This document shows, in pieces, positions 33,870 through 44,868 of a stretch of 64,000 nucleotides of DNA. The translations under genes were made by a program, and so were the position numbers. The notes under the pieces were generated by a model. It saw only the letters and a list, made by a program, of their open reading frames with translations, did not search any database and was not told the DNA's origin. The stretch is from Paraspadella gotoi (taxonomy: Eukaryota > Animalia > Chaetognatha). The DNA lies in contig JBJCIZ010000744.1 in the NCBI GenBank assembly GCA_051294375.1, positions 86,206 to 150,205 of the forward strand, read 5' to 3'. Position 1 is the stretch's first letter. Each line of letters begins with the position of its first letter.

Positions 33870-35603
33870 CCTTTCTCCTATTCCTTTCCTTTCCTCCCTT
33901 CTTCCTCTCTTCCACCTCCCGGCCCTTCTCCTCCACTCGCTTTCTGTAATGGGTTGCCTGCTATTGGCCGCGCGAGCTCGCGCGTTTGCTTTTGCCTTGG
34001 AGTCTTGTTCAATAAATCACCTTTTTTACAAGCGAACCGAGGCGCGAGCCTTGCGAGAAAAGGGGAGCGAGAGAGAGATGGGGAGAAAAAGAGAAAGAGA
34101 GAGAAAGAAAAAAAAAAGAAAGAGGGCGCGCGAGAGAGAGAGAGCGAAAGAAAGAGTAACACTGGAATGGAAACGAGTAAACATTTTTCCCTTTGGTTTA
34201 ACTCAAAATATCAACAACATTTTTTCTTCTTTCCGAGAGAGAAAGAGAGAGAGGAGAGAAAAAAAAAACGTTTTCCCTTTTATTTCATTTAAGGGAAAAA
34301 AAGACGTAATTGCCGGCGTGACTCTGCTGTTGCAATTTAATTATTCAATGAAACTCAAATTGAGCTTTTGTTTCGAGGGAAAAAAAATATTACCGCAGAT
34401 TTAAATGTAAATTTATTTCTTTAAACCGCTTCACGAAAAATTACAGACTTGTTTTCTAAATCCTTGTACTTCAGAAATCGAGTCCAGCCCTATTTTTCTC
34501 GGTTATCCTAGTGGATAATGAGGAAACTCATTAACTCAATAATTTTACTATCTCATTAATCTCAGCTTGTTTTACAAAACCTTTTTTTTTCTTTTAACAT
34601 AACCTCCAAGGGTGACACGCGAATCTATAAATTTAATATTCCAACTTTTAAGCTCGTTTAAAATTGTAAAAGGCGTTTGACTTTCAGACGTCGAAAGGTC
34701 TTGCTTCATCATGTTTCGCATTGAAACGTTCACGAAAGACAAGAATGGCTATTTTGGTAAACGTCACGAATGACAAAATAACAAAGTGACCGTTTTTTTT
34801 GTTTGTTTTTTTTTTCTTTCTAATCTTTCTATCGGAAAGTCTGAATAGATCTGGTTCAATGTATAGATCGATTCTTGCTCTTGTCTATAAGTCTATCTCG
34901 AATATTCATTAGATAATATCGTCATATCTTCACACAGACTAAATACTAAAAGTCAAGGGCAAGAGAGCTTAAATTAATAAGTAAATGAATGGATAAATTT
35001 TTATATTGGTTATACCAATTTCATTCTTATGTGCATAACTTCACCTGTTGATCATTTCGTAAAATTTCCAAAACTTCCCTCGGGCTCCTAATTCCCTCCG
35101 TCTTAGCTTTTGTACAACTAGTATTATGAGTATTCTTTAGATAATCATTTAAAATTAATATCAAATATTAATATTATTAATATTATTTTTCGACGCAAGC
35201 ATACATTGCTCTTTTGTATCGATCTCTCCACACTGCCGCCTCCTGCCATCTGTCGACCCGAGCGTTAAACTCCGATCCCTTCGATCCTAGGGGAGAGAGA
35301 AGAGCAGCGGACTGAATCCCAACTGAAAAAAAGCCAAGCGTCGGATTTTCAAAATAACTAGAGTCCGACATATTATTCGTCGCACGCCGCATTGTTATTT
35401 CTCGACCGCATTTTCCTTCGGTTTCTCCGATATTCTCGCGTCTAATCATTAATTAATCCGACCGTTAATTCAAAAATCGACCTTAACCAAATTTTAACTA
35501 ATTCACGGCATTTGTCTAAAAAGGAACCATTTGTTTTGTTACGAAACATTTAATTTTTTTTTTGTGGGACGACAGAAGAGCATCATTCGTTCGTTGCTGT
35601 TTA

Positions 35604-38424
35604 ATGAGGTGAGTGTCGAATTGTTAGTTTATTATTGACGTTGTGACATATTTAACTTTTCTGGTGATATTGCGTAAGGAATTAAATCTGTATAATGTTT
35701 CGTCAGCATGGAGGACGCGATTCTTGCGGCGCCGGATTTGGCCGAGGCGGCCACCGAATCGGCGCCGGCCGAAGAAGCGCCGGCCGCAGAAGTGCCGGCC
35801 GAAAAAGCGCCGGCCGAAGAAACACCGGCCGAAGAAGCGCCGGCCACAGAAACGCCTGTCGAAGAAGCGCCGACCGAAGATAAGCCGGCTCAAGAAGCGC
35901 CGTCCGACAAAGCGCCGGCTGCAGAAACGCCGATCAAAAACGCGCCGGCTGAAGCGCCGGTTGAAGAAACACCGGACGAAAAAGTCCCGGAGGAAATCGC
36001 GAAAGCCGAGTCGGCGACGCCGGAGGAAAAGAACGACGCCGACGGCGATGCCATCGGAATGGAAGCGAACAAAGAGACTGAAATTGAGACGGGCAAATCT
36101 GAGACGACGACGACGACGACGACGACGACGACTGAAACTATAGTCGCGGAAAACTCTGTCGCCGAAACATCGACGGAATCCGCCGCCGACGCCGCCGTTC
36201 CGAATTCGGACGAAACTGAGGAGGTTCCCATGGAGACGTCCGTGACTGAAATTGATTCTCCCGATTCTCTCGTCGACTCGACGGACGTCTCCTCCGCGGC
36301 GGAACCCCCATCGCAGGCTTCGGCCGACTCCTCCGCCCCCAAGGCCCTCGACTCGACCCTCGAAGACGCCGAGGCTCTCCCGCCTCCGGCCAAGCGCCGC
36401 CCCGGAAGGCCTCGTCGGGAGGACTCCATTCGGCGCGCGAAGGAAGACGCCGCCAACGAAGCCCCGGCGCCCGAAACGCCGTCTCGACCGCGCCGCGCCG
36501 TGAGGGATAAGAAGAAGGAGGAGGAAGAGGAGGAGGGAGAGAAGAGCGCCGACGAGGAACCGGCGACGCCGTCGAAATCGCGCCGGGGAAGAAAGCGGCG
36601 CGTCGACGTTGAGAAATCGGATGAAGCGAGCGATGAAATAACCGAAACGAGCAACAAGGCCGAGGAGGACAAGGAAGATGCCAAGGAGGAGCAAAAGCCT
36701 CGGCGTCGGCCGGGTCGCCCTCCCAAGCAGCGCGTCGAAGTCAAGGACGAGCCAGAGTCGGAGCCGGAGGCGGCGCCGGAGGAGGAGGAGCCGTTGAGCG
36801 GGAAGCGGCGCCACAAACCCTCGGCCAAATTGTTGGAGGCGCTGGAGGCGGAGAAGGCGAAGCAGGAGGCGACGCCGTCGCCGCGGAAGAGGGAGCCGGG
36901 GAGGCCGATGATCGGGAAGAAGAGGAGGAGAGAGGAAGAGGGGGAAGGAGAGAAGACAGTCGCCGATATTGGTGAGTAGTAGTTGGCGACAGGGGGAGGG
37001 AATCCGGTGGGATGGGGTGATGATGATCATAGGTGACGAACGACAGCCCGCTCCCTAAAAAAATAATCATTTGCAAACTCGTGAAGATTTTTTGAATCTA
37101 AAAGTTTTTTTTTTCTGTAGTAAAAACCTAAATCGTTTATATATCCAAATTTTATATTGATTGGTTTCGATTTGACTTGGCAAGAAGCGGAGAAAAGTTA
37201 CCTTCAAAATCGGGTTTCATTTTTTTTTAAATTAACATTTTTTTAAAACCTTTTTTATAAAAAGGTTGTGGACGCAAGGTATCAATATTAATATCTTCTG
37301 AAAGCTCTTAAAAATATGAAGAGAATGGCTTAATTAAAAATACTGTAATATAAAAATTAGCCTATCCAGTTTTAAATAAAGAAATGTAATCAAAATTAAG
37401 ATAATTATTAAATTATTAAATTATTGTTAGCCATTTTAATTTAGTTTTTCTCAAGCTTTTTATGATACCTATATAAACAATAATTGGTGAGAACATTATA
37501 GTGAAAATAGGTCAGATATTTGGAAACTTAAATAAATCATTTTCTTCCAAGAGCTTTCAGAAGATATTAATATTGATACCTTTTTATGTAAATTTCTTTA
37601 AAAAATGTTTATAAAGTTAGACAAAAAGATAATTGAAAAAAAGATTTGTTTTAAAATGAAAGACGATTTTTAAAGCAACTTTTTCCCGGTTATTGCCAAG
37701 TCAAATAATAACCAATCAATATGAAATTTGGATATGTAAATGATTACTACAAAAAAAATATTTGATTTAAAAATCTTCACAAGTTTGCAAATGACGATTT
37801 TTTTTTACCGGCGGTAATGGTAATGGTAATAATAATAATAATGTTAATTAGAGATAATTTTATGATTTATTGGATTTGTTTCTCTGTTTGTTGAATATCG
37901 AGAAGGTTTTCTTTCTCCTTTTCTTGATCGTGGGCAGATCAGGCATTGTTTGCTCAAACTTGTTAATTTTGGCGTTTATTTATTTGAATATATTTGAATT
38001 TGGGGTTTGATTTTAATTAATATGATTTTAAAATTGTTACGTTACATCCCTTTAAATGATATGACACAGTTTTTTGTTCTGTTTAATTTAAATACTATTT
38101 TGATTTTGGTGGCGAAGACGAAGACAATTTTATATTTTCTTTTTAAAGTCTGTTTCTTTCATCTGTTCGAATTGTCTGGGTTTCAATGTTAAAACAATTA
38201 AAACAATAACACTTAATTATTATTTACATGGTAAAAAATAAGGAAAGATAAATTAACTTTAAAATATTAAAATATTTTAATATTTTAAATCATTAGAGAG
38301 AGCAAAGAATTTTGAATTTAACAACGATTTTTTTATTAGTAGTTGGACATGTTTCGGCTTGCTTATTTCAAGCCTTCATCAGCATATGACATTCAATAAT
38401 AAATTTTGTGCAAAAGAAGGGTGT

Positions 38425-38464
<40 letters not shown>

Positions 38465-41438
38465 GGTAAAAGTTTTTCCAACAAAGTGGTGAGACAGAAT
38501 AGTGGTCAGATGTGAGAACAGGTTGAAGGTGAGGACAGATTGAGTGAGTTGTGAAAAGAAGTGAAACTTGTTAAAGAGAGAGAGAGAGAGTGAGAGAGAG
38601 AGAAACAAAAACACAGAGATAAATAAATAATAAAGATACATTTTTGCAATGTACAACAAAGATAAAGGAGTTTTGAAAAACTAACATTGGAGAAATTTTA
38701 ACATTTAACTAGTGAATAAATAAGTAATTAGCTAAGGGATAGTTAAGTGAAAATGAAATATGAAAGAAAGTAGTTTTTAGTTTTATGTTGATTAATTAGG
38801 AGATTAAGAAAGTGAAATTCAAGGGAAAAAAAGAGCTCAAAGTGAGCTGGCCCCCGAAACATGTCCAACTACTAATAAAAAAATCGTTGTTAAATTCAAA
38901 ATTCTTTGCTCTCTCTAATATCTATGAACAACGAAAAAGAAAGGATTAACGCATCAATATTTTAAATCTAACAGAATTACTTTGTACTAATTGCCAGACT
39001 CCATCGTGGAAGCCGTGGCCGCCGTCGCAAAGGGCGAAGACTATCTCGCCTCCGTCATCGCCGACGAAGTGGCGGCTCGAACCGCCGCCGCCGAAGCCGC
39101 TCGCGATGCGGCCAAGACAGAAAAGGCAGCGCGACCATCTTCGGAGAAGGCCGTCGTGGACGGAGAGGACGGCGACGACGCCATCGCCTCCTCCGTCTCC
39201 GCCGTCGTTAGTGGGCAGGACCAACTCGCTCGAGCCATCGCGGAGGAAGTCGCCTCCAGAGCCGCCGTGGACGAAGAGGCGCGGAAGATGGTGGCCGCCG
39301 ATCAGGAGGTCATCCTGGAGGATCAGGAAGAAGACGAAGAAGAACCCGACGACGATGAGGACGACGATGAAACGTTCAGTCCCGAGAAAAGGAAGCCGAA
39401 GAAGCGACGACGGAGTTCGGTGAAGGTGGAGGCGTCGCCGGCCACTTCGGCGTCGAAGGTCAACGACTCCGATCCCAACTATGACCCCGGAGACGTCAAG
39501 ATCGATGTGGAGAAACCCATGCGACCCGAGGCCAAGCTCGAGTTCGAGAGGCTCTTGGAGGAAGGCCGAGTTTGCGTCGAAGAGAAGGGAGGTGACCACT
39601 CCAAAAAGATTTATCGCTGCAACGTCTGCAACAAGATCTTCCTGGCCCAATACACCCTCATGCGCCACATGCCCGTCCACACGGGAGAGAGACGCTTCAT
39701 CTGCCCGACCTGCGGCAAAGGGTTTCGGCAGGCGTCTACACTTTGCAGGCACAAGGCTGTCCACTCCTCGGACCGTCCTTTCGAGTGCAAGCTGTGCAAC
39801 AAGGCCTTCAATCGCTCCTCCACTCTCATCGCCCACGCCAAGACTCATCAGGATGACAAATCGCACAAATGCCCCATTTGCGGCAAAGGTTTCCATCAGA
39901 AGGGAAATCTCAAGAATCACATCTACACTCACACTGGTGAACGACCCTACGCCTGCTCCCTCTGCGAGAAGCGATTCAATCAAATGTCAAATCTCTCCTT
40001 TCACATCGCTTCGGCCCACCTCAACAAGTCCGTCCACAAGTGCCGACTCTGTCCCGAGGAATTTCGCAAGAAGCCCCAGCTGGTCAAGCACGAGCACATC
40101 CTCCACGGGATCGATCTACCCCGTCGGTTCCTCAACTCCGCCTCCCGCTCCACCCGAAGCATCCTGGGCGGCCATTCTGGCACCAAGGAGGGGCTCATGA
40201 AGGATGTCGTCCAGCGGAGGACCAATTTCCTCATGAACAACAAAGAGGCGAAGCGCCGCGCCCGTCAGGAAGGCACGCTGCCGAGTTGGCACAGACCGCT
40301 GAACAAGAAGACTTCCGTCTCGACCGGAGGATCGAAAACCATAGTCACCAATCTGCCCAAGAACATCACCCACAACAAGGAGGGCTACAAGGTCGTCGCC
40401 GCCATCATGGTCGGTCAGAACAACTCCATCTCGGTCCACAAGGCCGTCCTCGACAAAACTGGCCGCGTGGTCATCAACAAGGAAAAGGCTAAAGGCTCTG
40501 AAGAGAAGGAGCTCGTCAAGGGTCTCGAGGTGAAGCCCACCGCTGGAGGCGGAGACACCGACGATTCCGCGATGGACATTTTCAAAAAGATGGTGGGAAC
40601 GCAACAACTCCCGTCCTCCATTAAGATGGAGCTTCCCTCCGAGGAGGAGGAGGAAGTCGAGGACGAGGTGGTCAAGATGCAAAGGGAGGCCAAACTTCAG
40701 CGACAGCAGTTGATGATGAAAAAGGCGGCGAGTCCCAAGAAAGAGTCTGGAACTCTCGTTCTGCAACAAGGCGTCCTTAAGTTAACAGCTTTGACCAAGG
40801 AGGAAAAGGAGGATATGCCGTCGGTCGAGCTCAAGCTGCCTCCGGGCCAAAGGATGCTCAAGGTTCCCGCGACGATTTCGGGCTTGGCCGTTCCGGAGCC
40901 GGAGAGAATGTACCGGGTCATCATCGCCGGCGCCGGCGCCAGTCAAGAGCCAGCACCGGCCGCGGGCCCGCCGCCCGTCTCGATGCCTCAGCCAGATAAT
41001 GACGCCTCTTACATGCCGCAGTTGGGAGCGCCCTCTGCTCAGCCGGCGACGATGACCAAAGAAGACGAGCGCGAGGTCTTCAAGAAGGAACCGCAGGGCT
41101 TCGACGCCGCGGAATCCCTGGAGCAGGAGCCCGTCGCCGATCTCTTCGGTTTCGAGAATGACGACGACGAGGAACCTCCGGAGATCGAGGACGACGACGA
41201 GTTTTGGCCCGACGCTTCGATGACCTCCGATGCCACGCCGACCAATGGCCTCTCTTCCTCCAGAGCCGGACGAATGACGTCTTCGGCGCAGCTGCTCAAC
41301 GGCGGCGGCGTCGTCGGCACCCCCCGTTTCTCAAGCGCGCCAATGGAGTCTCGAACGTCGGCGCCGAAGCGAGGCGCGTCCGATTTTCCATCGGCGGCGA
41401 CGCCAACGCCAACGAGGAAAAGTTTGACTTCAGACTGA
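35604..41438 (+). CDS. Fezf: Large AT-hook plus Fez/Fezf-type C2H2 zinc-finger protein; join(35604..35608,35707..36971,38998..41438), true stop possibly 41524
   Basis: Six C2H2 fingers (~39610-40107) with Fezf-diagnostic RHMPVHTG, GKGFRQASTLCRHK, KAFNRSSTL and GKGFHQKGN. Donor G|GTGAGT at 36971/36972 and branch point plus acceptor tactaattgccag|AC at 38997 join in phase 1 (G+AC=Asp). AT-hooks KRRPGRPRR (~36392) and RRRPGRPPK (~36701). An upstream mini-exon ATGAG|gtgagt splices in frame to C-ATG. Confidence 0.88.
35762..35990 (+). repeat. Coding 15-bp repeat encoding (APAEE)n
   Basis: gcgccggccgaagaa-like units translate to APAEE/VPAEK/TPAEE/APTED. Confidence 0.85.
37056..37806. mobile_element. 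Foldback/MITE-like element with ~250-bp imperfect inverted arms, inside the Fezf-like intron
   Basis: atcatttgcaaactcgtgaagattttt (~37066) pairs with aaaatcttcacaagtttgcaaatgac (~37770); aggtatcaatattaatatcttctgaaagctctt (~37277) is the exact reverse complement of aagagctttcagaagatattaatattgatacct (~37549). Confidence 0.8.
38292..38919 (-). mobile_element. Penelope-like element (PLE) remnant with an inverted, truncated pLTR copy
   Basis: Perfect 66-bp inverted repeats at 38292-38357 and 38854-38919; on the minus strand a hammerhead core is followed by AATAAA; the right arm breaks off inside the ribozyme, as expected for a 5'-truncated inverted pLTR; no ORF. Confidence 0.65.
38343..38385 (-). 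ncRNA. Minimal type I hammerhead ribozyme motif (PLE-type)
   Basis: Minus strand reads atg CTGATGA a GGCTTG aaataag CAAGCC GAAA CATG TC caa: conserved core, 6-bp stem II, palindromic ACATGT stem III and a GUC cleavage triplet; stem I is only about 2 bp. Confidence 0.7.
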
Positions 41439-42543
41439 AATCGCGCGACGGCGACGGCGGCGTTGAAGGGCGAGATTTGAACCAGGTCGAGGAAGATCTC
41501 AACATGTTAGAGACTTTCGCATAAGGAAGTTATTTCGAGCGGATTTTCCCCCTTTTTTTAAAAAAACAAAAATATTCGTTTTATTTTTAATTAATTTCTA
41601 GTTAATTGGTGACCAGAGTAATTGTTGATTTATTTTTGTAGGAGCATTTCAGTTTTCGTTGGAATTCAAAGTTTCATGTTTACCTCTTTGCTGACTAATA
41701 AATATTTCAATTTTTAAATTTTTCGAATTCTTCTCAAGTATTACAAGTATATATTTCCCGCCCTTTTGTAAACTACTCAGTTTTGTTAAATTTTATATAA
41801 AGAAGATGAAAGGTTTTTTAAAAAACCAAAATAAGTTAAACGAATATTTTATTACTTAAATGGTAATAGTATTACAAATTGTTCCAGATTATTCTGAAAA
41901 CTAAATTTTATCCTTTTTATATTTTGTATATTTTTTTAAAGATTTCAAAGTTTTTGTTATCAAACCCGGCGTGTTCTATTGGAACTATTTTAAATGCCAG
42001 TCTGAATACTGTTGGAAAATTTTTAAAATTCTGTCATTGGTTGTCTTCTTTGTTTGTTTTTTCTCCTAAAAATCTTCTAACTTCAAGTTGTCCCGTAAAT
42101 TTAACTTCAAATATAAGCCTGTTAGTGTGACGGTTTATTGTCATTGTTCGTAGCTTAGCTGATCTAGAATAAAAACTACTCGACTGACTTGAAACTCATT
42201 TCTCTTTTTATTCACTTCACTTCCACGATTCTCACCGAGTCACGGGGTTTTCCTACAACCCTACTTTCGCTTGTTAAAAAAATGCAGCAATGCTAGATAG
42301 TTAATATAATTATTGGTTAATATACATTTTATAGCATACATATTTATATGTACAACAAAAAAGCTGGATTTAATAGTATTAAAAAGGCATGATTGTTCCG
42401 TTTTTCGACGCTAAATATAAAATACAAAATATCTACACTCGAATTCGGTACATTGTAACGATCTCCATGAAGAAAGCTTGGGCAATTATTCAAAAACAAA
42501 TTTACTTCCCAACATCCCCTTAAACCCCCCCGCACCCCCTTTT

Positions 42544-43779
42544 TTACTTCTCCCACCATTCCCAACCCGAGACGGTCGCGGGTCGGCACGGATAAGCGCA
42601 TTTCCTCACGAACGATTCCAGTCTCCCGCTGGTCACGTTCATCAACGCGGTAAAGGTCGTCTGCAGATTGAGAACGGGCTTTGTGCTCAACACGTCGTAG
42701 AGGGCGCCAAAATCGGCGCGCCCGGCGACGCCGTCCAAACAAAAGTCCCCCGGGGTCCGCCTATCGTCCCAAGGCGGCGGCGGCGACCAGTGATCGTAAT
42801 TGGTCTGCAAGAGATAGGACGAGTTGATGGAGAGAGTCTCCGGCAAGATCGATCGATCATCGGAGCGAGTGATGACGATCCCTTCGTCGCCCGCCGTTCC
42901 CCCGACGATAAAATAGACTGGACTAAGCAGCTGCACCGACTCCAAATATCGGCGAGCCTCTTCAAAAGACTCCGCTTCTTCCTCGAACAATCGCCGCGTG
43001 ACGACGCCCATCGGCACGCCCTTCTTCAGCCCCAGCACCCAGGAGAAGATGGACTTGATCCCATCGTCGTCTCCCTCTCGCTGGTTCCACGACATGGAGA
43101 ACTCTCCCTTCTTGACGCCGTTGAGAATGGTCAAGTAGCCGGCGTAGGAGGTGGCGCGGTAGAGCGTCTTCCCGCCGCGACGAAACTCCACGTTGATGGT
43201 CAAGTTGCGGAGATATTCGGAGACGACGAACTGATGGGTCGTTGGATCGACGCCGAGTCCGTAGCCGAAGTCGAGGTTCCGCGCGTGGACGAGTCGGCCG
43301 TCGGAGCCGCGAGCAACGATCGAGGTGCAGGCCGCCGTGAGTTCGTAGAAGACGTTGAGGCCGACGAGGGAGTTGAAGTCGACCCCGGCCGAAGCAGCCG
43401 CCGTCGCCATGCCCTCGAGCTCTTGGCGCAGGGTCGGCGGGAGGGCCTTGCCCAGGAGCCAGAAGAAGAACTTGATGGGGAAGTAAAAGCCGAGATGGTC
43501 GCGGATTTGCTCGGCGACGAGGACGTCCAAGTGGGTCGCCAAACCTTTAATCGGCTCCAGGAATCGCTTGATCACGTGACCCCATCGCTTCTCCGGAGGT
43601 TCGTCCAGATCGACGACGAACCAGGTAACGTTGCGGGCCTCGTGCGGCGGCGGCGGGTAGGTCTTGACGGCGCAGCGGATGGTGGGGTCGACGGTGGGTT
43701 CCGAGTCGGGTTCCTCGGCCGCGGAGGGGCCGACGAGGAGGGCGGTCGAGAGAAGGAGGAAGAAGAGAGGATTCGTCAT
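42544..43779 (-). CDS. ASAH1: Acid ceramidase (N-acylsphingosine amidohydrolase; Ntn hydrolase), 411 aa, single coding exon
   Basis: Signal peptide; C..TYPP; nucleophile CTSIVA; HARNLDFG; TNYDHW..DDRR; C-terminal VLSTKPVLN..C..PC..W as in ASAH1 rather than NAAA. Acceptor cttttcag lies 13 nt before the ATG, with a candidate donor at 44498. Confidence 0.93.
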   Translation of the reverse strand: MTNPLFFLLLSTALLVGPSAAEEPDSEPTVDPTIRCAVKTYPPPPHEARNVTWFVVDLDEPPEKRWGHVIKRFLEPIKGLATHLDVLVAEQIRDHLGFYFPIKFFFWLLGKALPPTLRQELEGMATAAASAGVDFNSLVGLNVFYELTAACTSIVARGSDGRLVHARNLDFGYGLGVDPTTHQFVVSEYLRNLTINVEFRRGGKTLYRATSYAGYLTILNGVKKGEFSMSWNQREGDDDGIKSIFSWVLGLKKGVPMGVVTRRLFEEEAESFEEARRYLESVQLLSPVYFIVGGTAGDEGIVITRSDDRSILPETLSINSSYLLQTNYDHWSPPPPWDDRRTPGDFCLDGVAGRADFGALYDVLSTKPVLNLQTTFTALMNVTSGRLESFVRKCAYPCRPATVSGWEWWEK

Positions 43780-44809
43780 GATCTTTTGTTTTCTGAAAAG
43801 GAGAAAGAGTTTTACTAATTAACAAGTTTAATAGTATATGCTTTTTTTACATTAATATCGTGGAAAAACAAAGTATTTGGACTTGGCTATAATTTTCGAG
43901 GGAAGTTTTGACTTTATATAGTATTCCGTTAAGTTAATAGGGTGTCCTTGATATTCATTGTGATTATTGTAAAGCGAATAACGAAGTAATTATTGAAAAT
44001 TGAATTGGTTGAGATGCGTTTAAGAGTAATAGGACATTTTGGAAAATATTTATTTACGATACGGAGTATTTATATATAATAATTATACTTATAGTACTTA
44101 TATTTATAGTAAAATCAATTGACTGCTTTTGCAAAACGATTTTTTTTCTTTGTGATGCTAACGGGCAACAAAAATTTTGTAAGGATGAAAAGTTATATCT
44201 ATATTACAATTTATATCAAACCCAATATCAACGTGTGTATTAATTTACTAAAAATTTAATTTAATTTAATTTTTTCTTGGTTCCTTAATGATTTAACTTT
44301 TTATTTTTAGTACAAATTCCAAAACAAATGGTAAAGTTTGAAAGATGGTGTTTAAAATTTAAAACAATTGGCGCCTTTCAAACAATTTTTCCTATGATTT
44401 TCAACCTACTACTACGTACAATATTTAAAAACAATCCACGATGCCATAAATCTAGCGATAAGAGAGATAACTATCCAGATTTTCCAATAGTTTATTACCT
44501 CGGCGACAGCAAGGATTGGAAAGGACGCAGCTGCGCGTGTTTGCAAAAGATTTTCCGATGTCAGGACGAATATTAATTTTCTTGGATTCTTTTTTTTGGG
44601 GGGAGGGAGAAAATTAATTTTGTTTTTTTTTTTTAATCTGCGGAATGTGATTAGATGTTTTATTAAATTTTTTTTTTATTTTCCAAGTTTCGTACTTTGA
44701 TTTTGTTTTATTTTTTTTTCACAATTTTTTTTCGTGTCTTTTCTTGATGTTGCGCGCCTTTGTTGTTTTGTTCTGAACGAAGTTTCGATCGGCAGTCAGC
44801 GGTAGTGAA

Positions 44810-44868
<59 letters not shown>

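Noticed and set aside
35624-40769. Long minus-strand ORFs (468, 312, 345 and 217 aa) over the Fezf-like exons
   Set aside because: Antisense shadows produced by GC-rich codon bias of the real gene.
42478-43818. 446-aa plus-strand ORF opposite the acid ceramidase
   Set aside because: Antisense shadow of the ceramidase ORF with no motif of its own.
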